Of a DNA stretch of 64,000 nucleotides, positions 1-12,190 are shown in pieces. Position 1 is the stretch's first letter; every line of letters begins with the position of its first letter. Source of the stretch: Rhynchobatus australiae (lineage: Eukaryota); contig JAUZTB010000001.1 of assembly GCA_034780895.1 (NCBI GenBank), positions 125,328,024 through 125,392,023 on the forward strand, in the 5' to 3' direction. The translations under genes were made by a program, and so were the position numbers. The notes beneath the pieces are model-generated. The model did not search any database and had not been told where the DNA came from. It was given only the letters and a program-made list of their open reading frames with translations.

Positions 1-172
1 GTAGATACAACTATAACATTTAAGAGACACTTAGACTTGCACATGAGCAGGCAGGGGATGAAGGGATATAGACCATGTGCTGGCAGATAGGATTAGTTTA
101 AATCATGGTCAGCAGAGACATTGTGGGTCAAAGGAACTTTTCCTGTGTTGTACTGTTCTATGTTCTGTGTTC
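1..172 (+). mobile_element. CR1/HER1 LINE 3' tail
   Basis: TTTAAGAGACACTTAGAC...GTGTTGTACTGTTCTATGTTCT tail; matches the tail of 4209-4920. Confidence 0.75.
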
Positions 173-179
173 TATTTAC

Positions 180-395
180 TTTGGTTTCCTCCCCAAATCC
201 CAAAGACATGGATTGGCCACTATAAATTGCCCCTGGTGTGTAGGCGGGTGGTGGGGGGAGGGGATCATTGATGATGAGAATGTGGGGAGAATCTAACAAA
301 ATGTGGGATCAATGCACGTTTGTTGTAATTGGGTACTTGTTAGTTGGCATGGACTCAGTGGGCTGAAGGGCCTGTTTTCATGTTTATGGTTCCAT
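180..395 (+). mobile_element. V-SINE/HE1 3' fragment
   Basis: GGTTTCCTCCCCAAATCCCAAAGAC...TAAATTGCCCC V-domain and a GGGCTGAAGGGCCTGT CR1-type tail. Confidence 0.7.
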
Positions 396-1634
396 GATAA
401 CTTATCAAGGTAAGGTATCGAATGAAGCTTAATTCTGGTTATTGCAGGTACATTGAGAATATGTAGAATTTGTAGTCATCATATGCTAAAGCAGTCTTAT
501 TGGTAAGTAGTGGTTACTTTTGAGTTTAAACAATCACAATAAAAACGTATCCCAGCACGACAGCCCAAATGGCAATGTGATAGCTCCTCAGCTCTTTCCC
601 TTGGTTAATATTTGCCTGCTGTATAAATCATACTGATAATTAAAGAGAAGATTTACTGTCATTCAGCTATATCTATAATCCAAGCAAAAAAAAAGAACAG
701 TTCTTACCAATCCTCTGCAATCATGACTTGGCCAGCTAATACTGGATTTATTGCTCCACTGATAGCCAAAGAGGAAATTGATTTTCCCTTCTGTCTAGCT
801 GGGTTTACACTATGAGGCACTGTAAAGTGTGCAGCAACAGTTCATGATGTCTCTCAACCACATGAGCTCCGTGAAAATGAAAAACTGTGATGACTGTTTT
901 TCGGAACAATAAAAAGGCAACTAAAAAGAATTTGTTTTTAATGTGCAGCACAGTGGCTGTGATCTATTATTCTTATAATTCATATTTATTATTATTCTCA
1001 TTTGATATGCTCACAGTAAACCAAAGTAAAGAGATCTAAATACATGACCAGCTACACTGCTGCTTCTTCCTGAAATCAACCAAACCAGTCGTATAACTCT
1101 AGTATGGCTTGCTTAAAACTGGAGATGTGAGAGAATGCAGATNNNNNNNNNNNNNNNNNNNNNNNNNNNNNNNNNNNNNNNNNNNNNNNNNNNNNNNNNN
1201 NNNNNNNNNNNNNNNNNNNNNNNNNNNNNNNNNNNNNNNNNNNNNNNNNNTGTCCATTTCCCTCCACAGATGCTGCCTGACCCACTGAGTTCCTCCTGCA
1301 CTGTGTGTGTGGCTTGATTAAAATATGATCTTGCTCCAGCGAATTTTCTTCAACATCATAAAATCATTTCCACTAATTGCAAAGAAATTCACAGAGGAAT
1401 TAGTGAATCCTTTCTCAGGTGCATAGGAGAAGAGTTTGCAAAGACCTAATTGTTATCTGGTATCTGCTAATCCAGTACAGACCAGAAACCTACGCTAGAA
1501 ACTCCTTGCTTGTACTATTTTAAACCTATCCACACTGTGTCAAAAGAGTTGGTGACAATGAACTGTATGTGGCACTTCTGATCAACAGAACAGTGAAACT
1601 ATAATAACAATTCAAAGTTATTAATGTTCTTAAG

Positions 1635-1800
1635 TAAAAAGTGAAATGCTTGAAATACTCTGTAGGAAAGGCAGAATCTGCAGAGAGAAGCAGTTACTAC
1701 TTCAGGTCAATGATTCATTTCTGATATAAGGTCTTTAACCTGAAACGTTAACTCTGTTTCTCTCTGTGCTACTATTACCAAAATATCCTGCTTTTATTTC
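1635..1800. mobile_element. Penelope terminal-repeat relics in inverted orientation
   Basis: Two opposite copies of the GAAATGCT..CAGC..TCTGCAGAGAG..TTCAGGTC motif; hammerhead-like CTGATA..CCTGAAACGTTAAC on +. Confidence 0.55.
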
Positions 1801-2759
1801 ATGTTTTTCACTGTCTTAATATTAATGTTTATNNNNNNNNNNNNNNNNNNNNNNNNNNNNNNNNNNNNNNNNNNNNNNNNNNNNNNNNNNNNNNNNNNNN
1901 NNNNNNNNNNNNNNNNNNNNNNNNNNNNNNNNNNNNNNNNNNNNNNNNNNNNNNNNNNNNNNNNNNNNNNNNNNNNNNNNNNNNNNNNNNNNNNNNNNNN
2001 NNNNNNNNNNNNNNNNNNNNNNNNNNNNNNNNNNNNNNNNNNNNNNNNNNNNNNNNNNNNNNNNNNNNNNNNNNNNNNNNNNNNNNNNNNNNNNNNNNNN
2101 NNNNNNNNNNNNNNNNNNNNNNNNNNNNNNNNNNNNNNNNNNNNNNNNNNNNNNNNNNNNNNNNNNNNNNNNNNNNNNNNNNNNNNNNNNNNNNNNNNNN
2201 NNNNNNNNNNNNNNNNNNNNNNNNNNNNNNNNNNNNNNNNNNNNNNNNNNNNNNNNNNNNNNNNNNNNNNNNNNNNNNNNNNNNNNNNNNNNNNNNNNNN
2301 NNNNNNNNNNNNNNNNCCAGAAAGAGGATATTTTAACCTCTTCAAAGATTTGATCTTCAAAGGGCTGATTCAGATTGCCTAAACTTCTCTTCCAAGTTGT
2401 CAATGTTCCTTCAACTCTAACCCTTTGTACAACTCCCACGCCCTTCAAGCTGGTAATGGCAGCTCTAACTTTAGTGGTTTAGGTCAGCGGTTTCTGAGCT
2501 TTATTTAAATGAAGACCCTGTCGGTCCGCACTCACTAAATATGCTCTCCTGCTCCCACAAAACTCCATGCACTACACGTTTTGAGGATTTCTGGAAACTG
2601 CTGGCAGCACTGTAGCTGGTGTGCTGAATATATTGTGTTTGTTCTTCTGAATCTTCTAAGTTACCACATTATTATTAAAATGTTATGGATCTGCTGAAAT
2701 CCTTGGCATCACCATCGACCAGCACCACTACCCTACAAAACTCTGAGCAGATTGGGAGC

Positions 2760-2960
2760 CAATGGTTCAGACTCTAAGCTCTGGAATTCCCTATCAAAAT
2801 CTCTGCATCTCTCCACCTCTCTTTCTCTAAGCCCCACTGTAAAAGCCACCTACTTAGCCAAAACCTCATGACAATATTGGTCTGATTGCACCATTGTGAA
2901 ACTCCTTGGGATCTTTTCCTATAGTAGATGTGCCATATAAATGAGAGATTTTGTTGTATT
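2760..2960 (+). mobile_element. L2-like LINE 3' end
   Basis: TGGAATTCCCT...GTGAAACTCCTTGGG...GTGCCATATAAATG...TTGTTG tail; similar copies near 19560-20000 and 39480-39940. Confidence 0.45.
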
Positions 2961-4208
2961 TTTCCAGTGTATGTGTAGAGGTAGATGATGTTAATTATTG
3001 CTGCTGTGCCTGTTTCATGTTAGCATCCAAATGAGTCATTTATTGCAACAATCACAGAACACATGTGCTAATCAGAGAGTAAAGGACATGGATAATTGGT
3101 ACCTCTGTTCATAAAACAACAAGCTCATTGAAAATGTCACTGTTGTGCTGCATATCAAATAAAAAGGTTTGGCAAGGTATCCAATAGTCCACAAATTCAT
3201 TAAATGTAAGTTAATAAAGTAAATATCAGGTTTAATAAGCTGTTTCTCAGGTGTACATCCTGTTAATACAGATCTGATATTTGACTTACTAGGCTTGACG
3301 CAGAAGGAAATAACATTATTTTTGTAGCCATATGGAAACTTTTCCATTTCCTTTGTGCCTTGCATACTTATCAGCTTGGGAAAAGGATATCTGATTAAAA
3401 TCACACATACACAACGTCTAAAGCGCAAACTAAACAGCCGGTTTATTTAAAATGAGCTCTAGTTTGACCACAGCAACAACTAACTAATTTATTATTAAAA
3501 GGGAGAGTTTTATAAAACTGATAAATAGCCAGTCAAGAAGGAGACAGACCACTTACTTCAAAATGTTTTTTTCTTCAGGATCCAGGTCCTTCTCAAACAG
3601 GACCATAACCCAGTGTCCAGCTTAAGAAGGTTCTTTATGTGAACACAGAGCATGCAATGGTCCATCAAACATATGCACATGACAGAAACATGTGGCAAGA
3701 TGTTACACGTGCTGTTCTTTACCATGTGAGCCAATACCTGTGGGCACTCAGCTAGTATTCACAGAGTGAAAATTCATATTTTTTTAAAAGATTGCTGAAA
3801 GCCACTTCTACTAAATCTTAATATGAGTAATGAGCAAGTCCTTTACTCTAATGAAACATATTAAAAATATGATTGCAATGAGCTTTGAGACAATCTCTGT
3901 CTCCTGGCTTTGTCTCCTTCTCTTCTTAATTTTATTCCCCACCTTTTGCTNNNNNNNNNNNNNNNNNNNNNNNNNNNNNNNCCTGTCTTTGTCTTTCATT
4001 AACGGGTTCCCTATTTCTCCATCCTTTGGGTTTTATTCTTCTTCTCCTGCTTTTATCCTGTTTACTCTCCTGTTATCCCATTGTTCTGACCATTATGTAA
4101 ACTGATAGACACGCGAAGAGTTCAACAATGACAACTGATTGGTATTGTTATTCATTTCACATCAAACATGGGTGGAAACTTGTCTTGTCACTTATGTCTC
4201 ATATTACA

Positions 4209-4920
4209 GGGATCTCGAGGCCCAAGTCCATAGCTCTCTGAAAGTAGCCATCCCAGTAGATAGATTGGTAAAGAAAGCATATGGTATGCTTTCCTTCACG
4301 GGTAGGGCCTTTGAGTATAAGAGTCAGGAAGTCATGTGGCAGCTACATAAAACTTTGGTTAGGCCACCTTTGGAACACTGTGTGCAATTCTGTTCACCCC
4401 ATTACAGGAAGAATGTAGAGGCTTTGGAAATAGTGCAGGCTTACCAGGATGCTGCCTGGATTAGAGGAGGTGAGCTGTAAGGAGAGGTTGGACAAACTTG
4501 AGTTGTTTTCTCTGGAGCGTTGAAGGCTGAGGGGAGACCTGATAGCAGTTTGTAACATTATGAGAGTCATACATAAGTTAGACAGTCAGAATCTCTTTTT
4601 TATCCCCAGGGTAAAAATGTCAAATACTTCAGGACATGCTCTTAAAGTGAGAGGGGAAAGATTTAGAGGAGATGTGCAAGGCAAGTTTTTTTCACAGGGA
4701 GTGGTAGATGCCTTGAACGGGCTGCCAAGGGTAGTGGTGGAAGCAGATGCGATAGTGGCATCCAAGAGGCTTTTTGATAGACACATGAATATGCAGGGAG
4801 TGAAGGGATAAGGATCATGTGCAGGCAGAATAGATTTAGCTTAATTTGGCATTGTGTTTGGCACAGACATTGTAAGCTGAAGGGACTGTTCCTGTGCTGG
4901 ATTGTTCTATGTTCTATGTG
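4209..4920 (+). mobile_element. CR1/HER1 LINE 3' fragment (degraded ORF2)
   Basis: LHKTLVRPPLEHCVQFCSPHYRKNVEALE, GHALKVRGERFRGD; ends in a TTCTATGTTCTATG tail. Confidence 0.92.
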
Positions 4921-7659
4921 CAGTGGCATCTACATTTTTTAACCACATCAGATTTCAAGTAATTTCACAATGACCAATTGTCTACGCTATATCTTCAGGC
5001 TAATTTATCTTATTTACGATTGATTTGAAGCATTTTGGAAATGAAATATTGCTGCAAATTTCTTTCAACTTTGAGATGGCAAATGAAATGAAGCATTTAT
5101 TATCCTTGGAATAGTGGATTTTCTATTTAAAGGGTTCAGTTGTCCAGTAATTCACGTTAGCTACTGGAATGGAATTATTCTGTATGACAAACAGGAAACT
5201 GTCCAATCTTTGTTATCTCTAGTCCATCTTCTGAGGCCAAAATCCTGCCATTGTTGACTTCTTCACTGAAGTTTATAAGACAATGGACCTCATACAAAAC
5301 AGGTCCTCAACCAACCACCCTGACAACTGGGATTGCAGATCCTGGAAAATGTGAGTCAGTTTCCAATCATTAAGAGCCATCTCTCAGTTCAGGCAGATAT
5401 CAGTAACGAAAGTTACCACCATCTCCTGTACATCGGCATATCTTTTAGCTAACTGAGGAAAAGAATGTTCAAAGACCATGAACCCAAACCCAGCACCAAC
5501 CTCATGATCTACTGATCCATATCCTCATGTGTGCTTCAGAGATATGGGCGCTTCAAAGCATTGAGGAAATATCATCAAGGATATCTCTACGAAATCATTT
5601 TTAAGAAGTTAGAGAAACACATGAGGAAGAAAGGAATTGAAAGTTGAGTGTAGAGGAGAATGAGGAGAAGCATAAAACAAGAGCATCAGCTAGTTCTGCT
5701 GCTGCACTTACTATGTCAGAGTTACTTCAAAGTTTTTGACTACGACCTCCCTCAGTGAGATTAGTTTGTTTCTAGGAAATACTTTCTCCCTCCATCCGCC
5801 CCCACACGCAGCCCCACATCACCACTAACGCTCTACTCAATAAACACTGAATCTAAAGGATTTGTTTTTATATCTGTACCCTCCTAAATTTGGCAAGGCC
5901 CCCAATTTGGAAATTTAAGTTGAATGTAATTCTGTACAACTGTCAATATTACTCAGTGCCAATTACTTGTGAACTGAAGGATTTAAGCAGAACATTTCTG
6001 ACAATTAAGAACGAGTTGTGCACTTTTGATTATTCACCCATTGCCTAACTTGGTACTTTCATTACAATTCTGCACATCAATCTTTTTCTCTGCTTCTACA
6101 CAGTGCTTATAGAATTCTGTAGCACCCTGCAGTGCAAAGTTTTATAAAACATATTTTCTTAACAGCTGCGGATGGACCAGCAATCTCCACTTTCCAATAG
6201 AGTGTGAAGTGGGAATGTGCCACAGCTTCTGGAACTGCTTGGTGATGTGTGATGTGCAGTGAGCAGTTAAGCCCTAAGCTGACGCCAGCTTTTGAAACTA
6301 GTTCTCCTCCCAGAGGGCAATGGCACCAGCAATGTGTAAGCCTTCCCAGGAAAACAAAACATACACACATTTTATCTTAAATACTTCTCCCTTTTTATTT
6401 CAAATATTTCATTTAAAATCCATGAAATTATGGCAACATGTTGTCCAAGACCCCCTCTAATGCTTTTCAATTAGAAATGCATCCAAAATATTTCAGCCAA
6501 TGGGTGGAAAGAAAATTCCTTATTAGCTGATTCTGTGATCCTGGTTTTCATTCTGATGTGGTAGTCATTGCCCAAAGAAGATACTTCGATACAAGTGATG
6601 CCTTTTGCATGTCTGGCTTCTGCAGAACCACACTAAATGTCTATTTGAACACCATTCATGAATAAGGAGAAAATAACTATAGGGATGCAAACAAAGAAAC
6701 TTTTGCAAGCTTGCTTTAATTTCCTGCTTTCTGTTGACATGAATGGATCCACGTTTCTTTGCACAGGCTATGCTCCATACTTTTGTTTGTTATCTGAGCT
6801 TATTTCTTCACCTGACTGGATGAGAAAAGCTATTTGTTTCACAAGGGAGCAGCTGTAACCAGGTAATATGCAGACTCATTGATCCAGGACTACATGAGGG
6901 ACTAGCTCACCTGTTTCCTTAATCTCAAGAGCATTGGCCAGCAACATGCAATAATTATCATTGTTATAAATTATTATAATTCTATAAGATGAATGTGTGC
7001 AACAAATATCCAGTAGGTATTGAGAGGTAATATCACATGTCACATATCTCTGGTGATGCAGCTTCAATTGAATAATCTACCTGGCTAAATGGAAACTTTT
7101 CAAGAGACAACTCCTAGCACAAAGCTACGCTTAATATTTAATCCATTGGCTCTTAAATATATTCCATCTTTAAGTAAATTCGCCAATTTATAACATGGGT
7201 TGGAAATTAAAGACTTATTTCCCCTTTCCTTCCTTGTTTTTTCAAAATTTTATATAGGAATCAATTTTCAAGTCTAAAGTTTAGGAATTGGAAATTTTTA
7301 ATCTGAATCAACTTTTCAAATTTTAAAGCAATGGAATGACAGTTATTCTTTGAACACAGGAGTTGCCATAATTGGGAGAGCCTTATAACCTTAAAGAGTG
7401 GTTTCTCTGCTGCGAGGAAATGTGGATTAAGGATTATCGGTAATATTCTGCTGGAGGTCTGTGCGTTCAGATCTTAGACAGGGCTACTACTTCCACAGCC
7501 CAGAGGTTGAAGCACAGTAGATAGCCCAGAACGTTCCCACTCACCTGCCAGCTAAACCCACTCTTACCTTAAGCCAACTCTCCTACACAAGGTCTCTCAG
7601 CAAGGTTGGCCCAAATCTTATTGGCTAGAATTTGGGCTGTCCAGCACCTTCCATTCATC

Positions 7660-7870
7660 AGGTAGTGCAGCTGCCTCACAGCACCAGTGACTCAAGTTTA
7701 ATCGGCTATTTGTGGGGAGTTTGCATGTTATCCCTGGGACTGTGTGGATTCCCCCAGATACTCCAGTTTCCTCCCATTTCCCAATGATGTGCCCGTCAGT
7801 AGGTCATCTGACTACTAGAAATTACCCCTAGTAGAGGTGCCAAGTGAGAGTGGAGTTACAGTGTACAAGA
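7660..7870 (+). mobile_element. V-SINE, degraded
   Basis: GGAGTTTGCATGTTATCCCTGGGACTGTGTGGATT...CAGTTTCCTCCCA V-domain. Confidence 0.65.
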
Positions 7871-9719
7871 GAANNNNNNNNNNNNNNNNNNNNNNNNNNN
7901 NGATACATTTTATACAAACACCAAATTAAGGGCAAAGTGGGAAGGAAGAAATCATAAAAATAAAAACATCAATTCCACTGGAGTGGGAATGGGCCTTCCA
8001 GTTCCAAGGGGCAGTTAACTGTTCTAATTAAAATCACTAACCACTGGATCTTGATCCTATGTCTTGGCAAGTAAAATAGAATCACTGTGTAAGATAAAGG
8101 TTTTTATTTTGAAAATAGGAATACTTTTGGTCATTGCATTTGAACGAGAGACAAACCACAGGTGGCAGGTGCAGAAGGATTCCCAGGCATACTAATTTCC
8201 CAAAAGGTAACCAAGGTCCCAGGTTACTTTGTATGAGAAGTGCATGCTCCTCTGGAGAGTCTATCGCTGTTTTATCTCCTGTATTAAGAAGTCAACCCAC
8301 TATCACAGTGTTCCCTGCAACTCCTTCCACCATCACTCTTAATTTCTTTGCTTCCAGTTACTTTCAGGCAGCAGCCAGAGATATCAACAATGGTCTGTCT
8401 TTATCTCAAGCATGCATTAAGCAGACACCGATGAAAACCATCATGGGTTCTGACCTATATTGTCAGAACACAGAAGGAGATTACTCTTTTCTGGATGTTT
8501 CATGTCATTGCTGGAAGTTTGGAGGGGCACAGAAGCTGCTTGGGCCCAGAGTGGTAAAAAAGCAGGCCTTAATGGTAGGATGGAGGCTTGCTCAAACACG
8601 AGTTAAAGGCTCATCCTTATTGAACAACTTTTGGGAAGATTGCTTCTGTTGCTCCAAGACTCCCCCGAGGTTTCTACCTCCATAAACATCACTATTCATC
8701 TGCTGGAAATGCAGGATGCCCGTGCCCTTATTGAATTCACCATTTCCAGGACCTGTCATCCTGGTTGGAGCCCAACATTTGAAGCAGTGGTTCCTGTTGA
8801 GCACCGCCACATTAAAAGGTCCAGCCACGAGTGGAGAGCGGGCTTTTAAGTTTGCTTTACAAGTACAAATCCTGAATTACTACATGGTTATCCTGTGTAA
8901 CTGTGCTAAAGGCTCGCAAATCACACCACTTATACACAAAGCTCCCTGAGCTTCATGTATACAAGTAAACCACTCCCTGTGGCTCCACTAGGAACTGCTA
9001 TCAATTGTCTATGGCATTTGGCACCCGTTTTCATGATCACTTTCTTGCCCAGGATTTTGACTATTCAGTGATGTTTTTCTAGACATAGCATAACCATAGC
9101 ATATCACAGCAACATGGTGAGGATATTGGAAACTAACAAGACTTATTAGTTCCTTTATCCCTTGGTTTGTTGCGAAAGAGCTAATATTTTAAGTCCTTTG
9201 CTGTATTTGATTAAATACAACATTGATCAAATTACACAGCTGGATTGAGCCACTCAGTCATGCCTCACAAGAGGTAGGTGTTCCTGGGTTTGACCAGTTG
9301 CATGCAAAACCTAATTTTACAGAATAATATGCCCCACCTTCTGGCTATGGTGCAGATTTATCCATCTTCCCTCAAGCTTTCTAATTTGAAAAGATCTCTG
9401 ATAGGGAGTGGTGTGGGTGTGGCAGAGGTGAAAGGACAAGAGAAGGATTGTCAAGAAGCTTTTCACAGCCATCAGGGAGGATAAGGCAAAGTTTCTCATT
9501 GGCAGTTCCATTAAGAGTAGGTTTTTATTATTATCTTGAGAGAAAGATAGATAACTACAATGGCAGCATTTCAATTACCAACAACGCATTAAATTGTCCT
9601 GGTTCTTTTACAAGCTTTCCATAAAATATATTTCAATATTTACTTTGCTAATGTCAGCTATTCCAAAACAAAGCAAGTTGTATTGTTTCCCTGGTGACCC
9701 AAAAAATAACCCTGGAGAA

Positions 9720-10260
9720 ACAAAGCACTGCAGACACTGGAATGTAGATAAAAAACACGATGATGCTGGAGGAACTCAGCAGGCCAGGCAGCATCCGTGG
9801 AGAAAAGAAGGTGGCCCATGTTTTGGGTCAGGACCCTTCTTCAGGATCTGAAGATAGGAAAAGGGGAAGCCCAACATATAGGAGGGAAAAGCAGAGCAGT
9901 GATAGGTTGACAAAAAAGGGGAGGCAGGGTGGGCACAAGGTGGTGATAGGTAGATGCAGGTAAGAGATGATGATAGGCAGGTGTGGGGGAGGAGGGGAGA
10001 GCAGATCCACCAGGGGATGGGTCAAAGGTAAGGAGAGAAAGGAAAAAAGTAGGGAAGAAGCATGGTGGGGAATGGAGTGGAGATCATTTAAATTGGGAGA
10101 ATTCAATGTTCATGCCATTAGGCTGTAAAGTTCCAAGATGGAAAATGAGGTGCAGTTCCTCCAGTTTGCGCTTGGAATTCTCCCAGCAATGGAGCAGGCC
10201 GAGGACTGACATATCAGTGGCAGTGTGGGAGGGGGAGTTGAAGTGACTGGCAAGAGGGAA
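9720..10260 (-). mobile_element. Penelope-like retroelement 3' end (GIY-YIG C-terminus plus terminal repeat)
   Basis: ORF 10084-10302: HFNSPSHTATDMSVLGLLHC..KRKLEELHLIFHLGTLQPNGMNIEFS; then a pyrimidine-rich UTR and the GATGCTGCCTGGCCTGCTGAGTTCCTCCAGCA terminal motif. Confidence 0.88.
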
Positions 10261-10434
10261 TGGGCAATGAGGAAGATAACCCTGTATGGATACTTTTTCC
10301 AAAACAGGGCTCCCAACAGAGTTAATTGTCAGAAGTGCTTATCAGAAATTTGGAATATTGTTGTGCACTTATTGGAATGGATTTTTGAAGGGTGAGTGGA
10401 TGATGCAGGGAGGACATTTCTTTGACTCTTTTAA

Positions 10435-10700
10435 AACTGGGATAAGGAAAAATTTCTTCACTCAGAGGATTGTAAATCTTTGGAATTCCCTGCCCTGGAG
10501 GGCTGTGGAGACTCAGTCACCGAGTTCATCTTCAACAGAAGTCTCTAGATACCTGGGTATTGAGAGAACTGAGGAATATGAGAATAACCCTGGAAAATGA
10601 TGCTGTGGTAGTAGGTCAGTCATGATCTTGATGAATGGCAGAACAGGCTCAAAGGTCCAGATGGCCTACTCCGGCTCCAAATTCTTATGTTCTTCTGTTT
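10435..10700 (+). mobile_element. CR1 LINE 3' fragment
   Basis: RKNFFTQRIVNLWNSLP motif plus tail. Confidence 0.82.
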
Positions 10701-11110
10701 CTCAGGCCAATTCGGAAAGGCAGGAGTCTGATGAACAAATGGAAACTTCGATAATCCTTCCAAATTCAGAGGTCAGGAGGTGTAATTGGAGCATTGGTGG
10801 TTGACTGGGAACTGAACAAGAAATGGGCCCCATGGAGGAGATGACCTGAAGAGGAGGGAAGGGGATCAGGTGTTGGGGATGAAAAGGGAAGTAGGCAGTG
10901 GNNNNNNNNNNNNNNNNNNNNNNNNNNNNNNNNNNNNNNNNNNNNNNNNNNNNNNNNNNNNNNNNNNNNNNNNNNNNNNNNNNNNNNNNNNNNNNNNNNN
11001 NGCAGTGGAGATTAGATTTGAAGCCATGGTGGCAGGGTTCGAGTGTGGTGGGAAGGGAAACAATGTTAGAAGAGGCCATTCCATAACTGTTGCTGCCTTG
11101 GAAAGGTAAC
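10700..11110 (-). mobile_element. Degraded Penelope-like fragment
   Basis: Purine-rich decayed segment next to the Penelope 3' end; translation is only weakly recognisable. Confidence 0.35.
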
Positions 11111-11639
11111 AAAACCCAGGAAACCCCTTATGTTTGAATATGAAGATGAGAGTTGAATCACTGGGAAAAGATAAACGCAGAGGCAGTTTCCCTGGGGTAA
11201 AGACATCCTAGAGTGTATTTGACTTTGAAAGTAATCTTCTCACAGTTGAAGAACTTGCCTGAAGAGAGTGGGGTCTGATCAGACATGGGTGCACTCAAAC
11301 CAAATGAGGCATAAGCAATTAAAATAAAAACAGAAAACGCCATAAATCTTCAGTTGGTTAATCATTGACTATTAAGGGAAGAGTCAAGTACACCAAAAAA
11401 AGGTCCTCTTTAAGAATTCAAAACCATACAATAAATAGGTGTTTTAGTAAAGTAAGAAAAAAATTGAGAAAATAGCGAGGCGAAACAATCAACAGACTCC
11501 ATTTACAGAGAGGTAGTTTATATGCACAAGTGTACCAATATGGCCTCTCCAATGGTCATGCTCAAGTCGAAAATGTCACCATTCATTCCAGGAGAAGCAA
11601 TGAGTAATCCTTAAAAGGCTTCTCCTCTGCACAGATCAG

Positions 11640-12190
11640 AGTTGCCACCTGTGGCTCAATTTGTAGTATCTTCACCTCTGAGTCAAAAAGTTCATGTCCC
11701 ACTCCAGAGACTTCAGCACAAGATCGAATCTGATGCACCATTGCAGGTTGTGCAAACTGTTCTAATGAACGACCTGAAACATTAACCTTCTTTCTCCCTC
11801 CACAGAAGCTGCCTCACCTGCTGAATATCCCCAACTTTTTCTGCTTTGCTTCGGTGCTGAAGTTTTACCCTGTCAGAGGATGAAGCTTTAAATCAAGAGG
11901 CTGTCCACTCTCTCAGGTGGCTCTTAAAGATCCAATTTCAATTCTGAAGAAGAGCCAGGGCCATGATATACTCTTCGGTGGTAGATTTTACCTCTCACTA
12001 CTGGAAAAAAAAGCAAAATATTTGATCATTATCATATTGCTGTTTGTGGGATCTGGCTAAGTGCAAATTGGCTTCTGGGTTTTCCTAAACTATATTAACT
12101 ACATTTGTGCAACTGTAACTACATTTCACAATGTATCTCATAGGCTGGAAAGTGTTTTAATGAAAGACATTATATAACAAGTTTATTTTT
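11640..12190 (+). mobile_element. SacSINE1-type DeuSINE interrupted by a Penelope end fragment (about 11760-11850)
   Basis: tRNA-like head GTGGCTCAATTTGTAG..CTGAGTCA; Deu domain CTCTCAGGTGG..AAAGATCC..GAAGAAGAG..ATTGCTGTTTGTGGGATCT..GCAAATTGGCT. Confidence 0.75.

Noticed and set aside
1794-2448. Long ORFs of about 190-210 aa here and at 33602-34199
   Set aside because: Artefacts of N runs translated as X.
8134-8685. 183-aa ORF
   Set aside because: Non-ATG start, no recognisable domain or exon structure; overlaps probable decayed repeat sequence.
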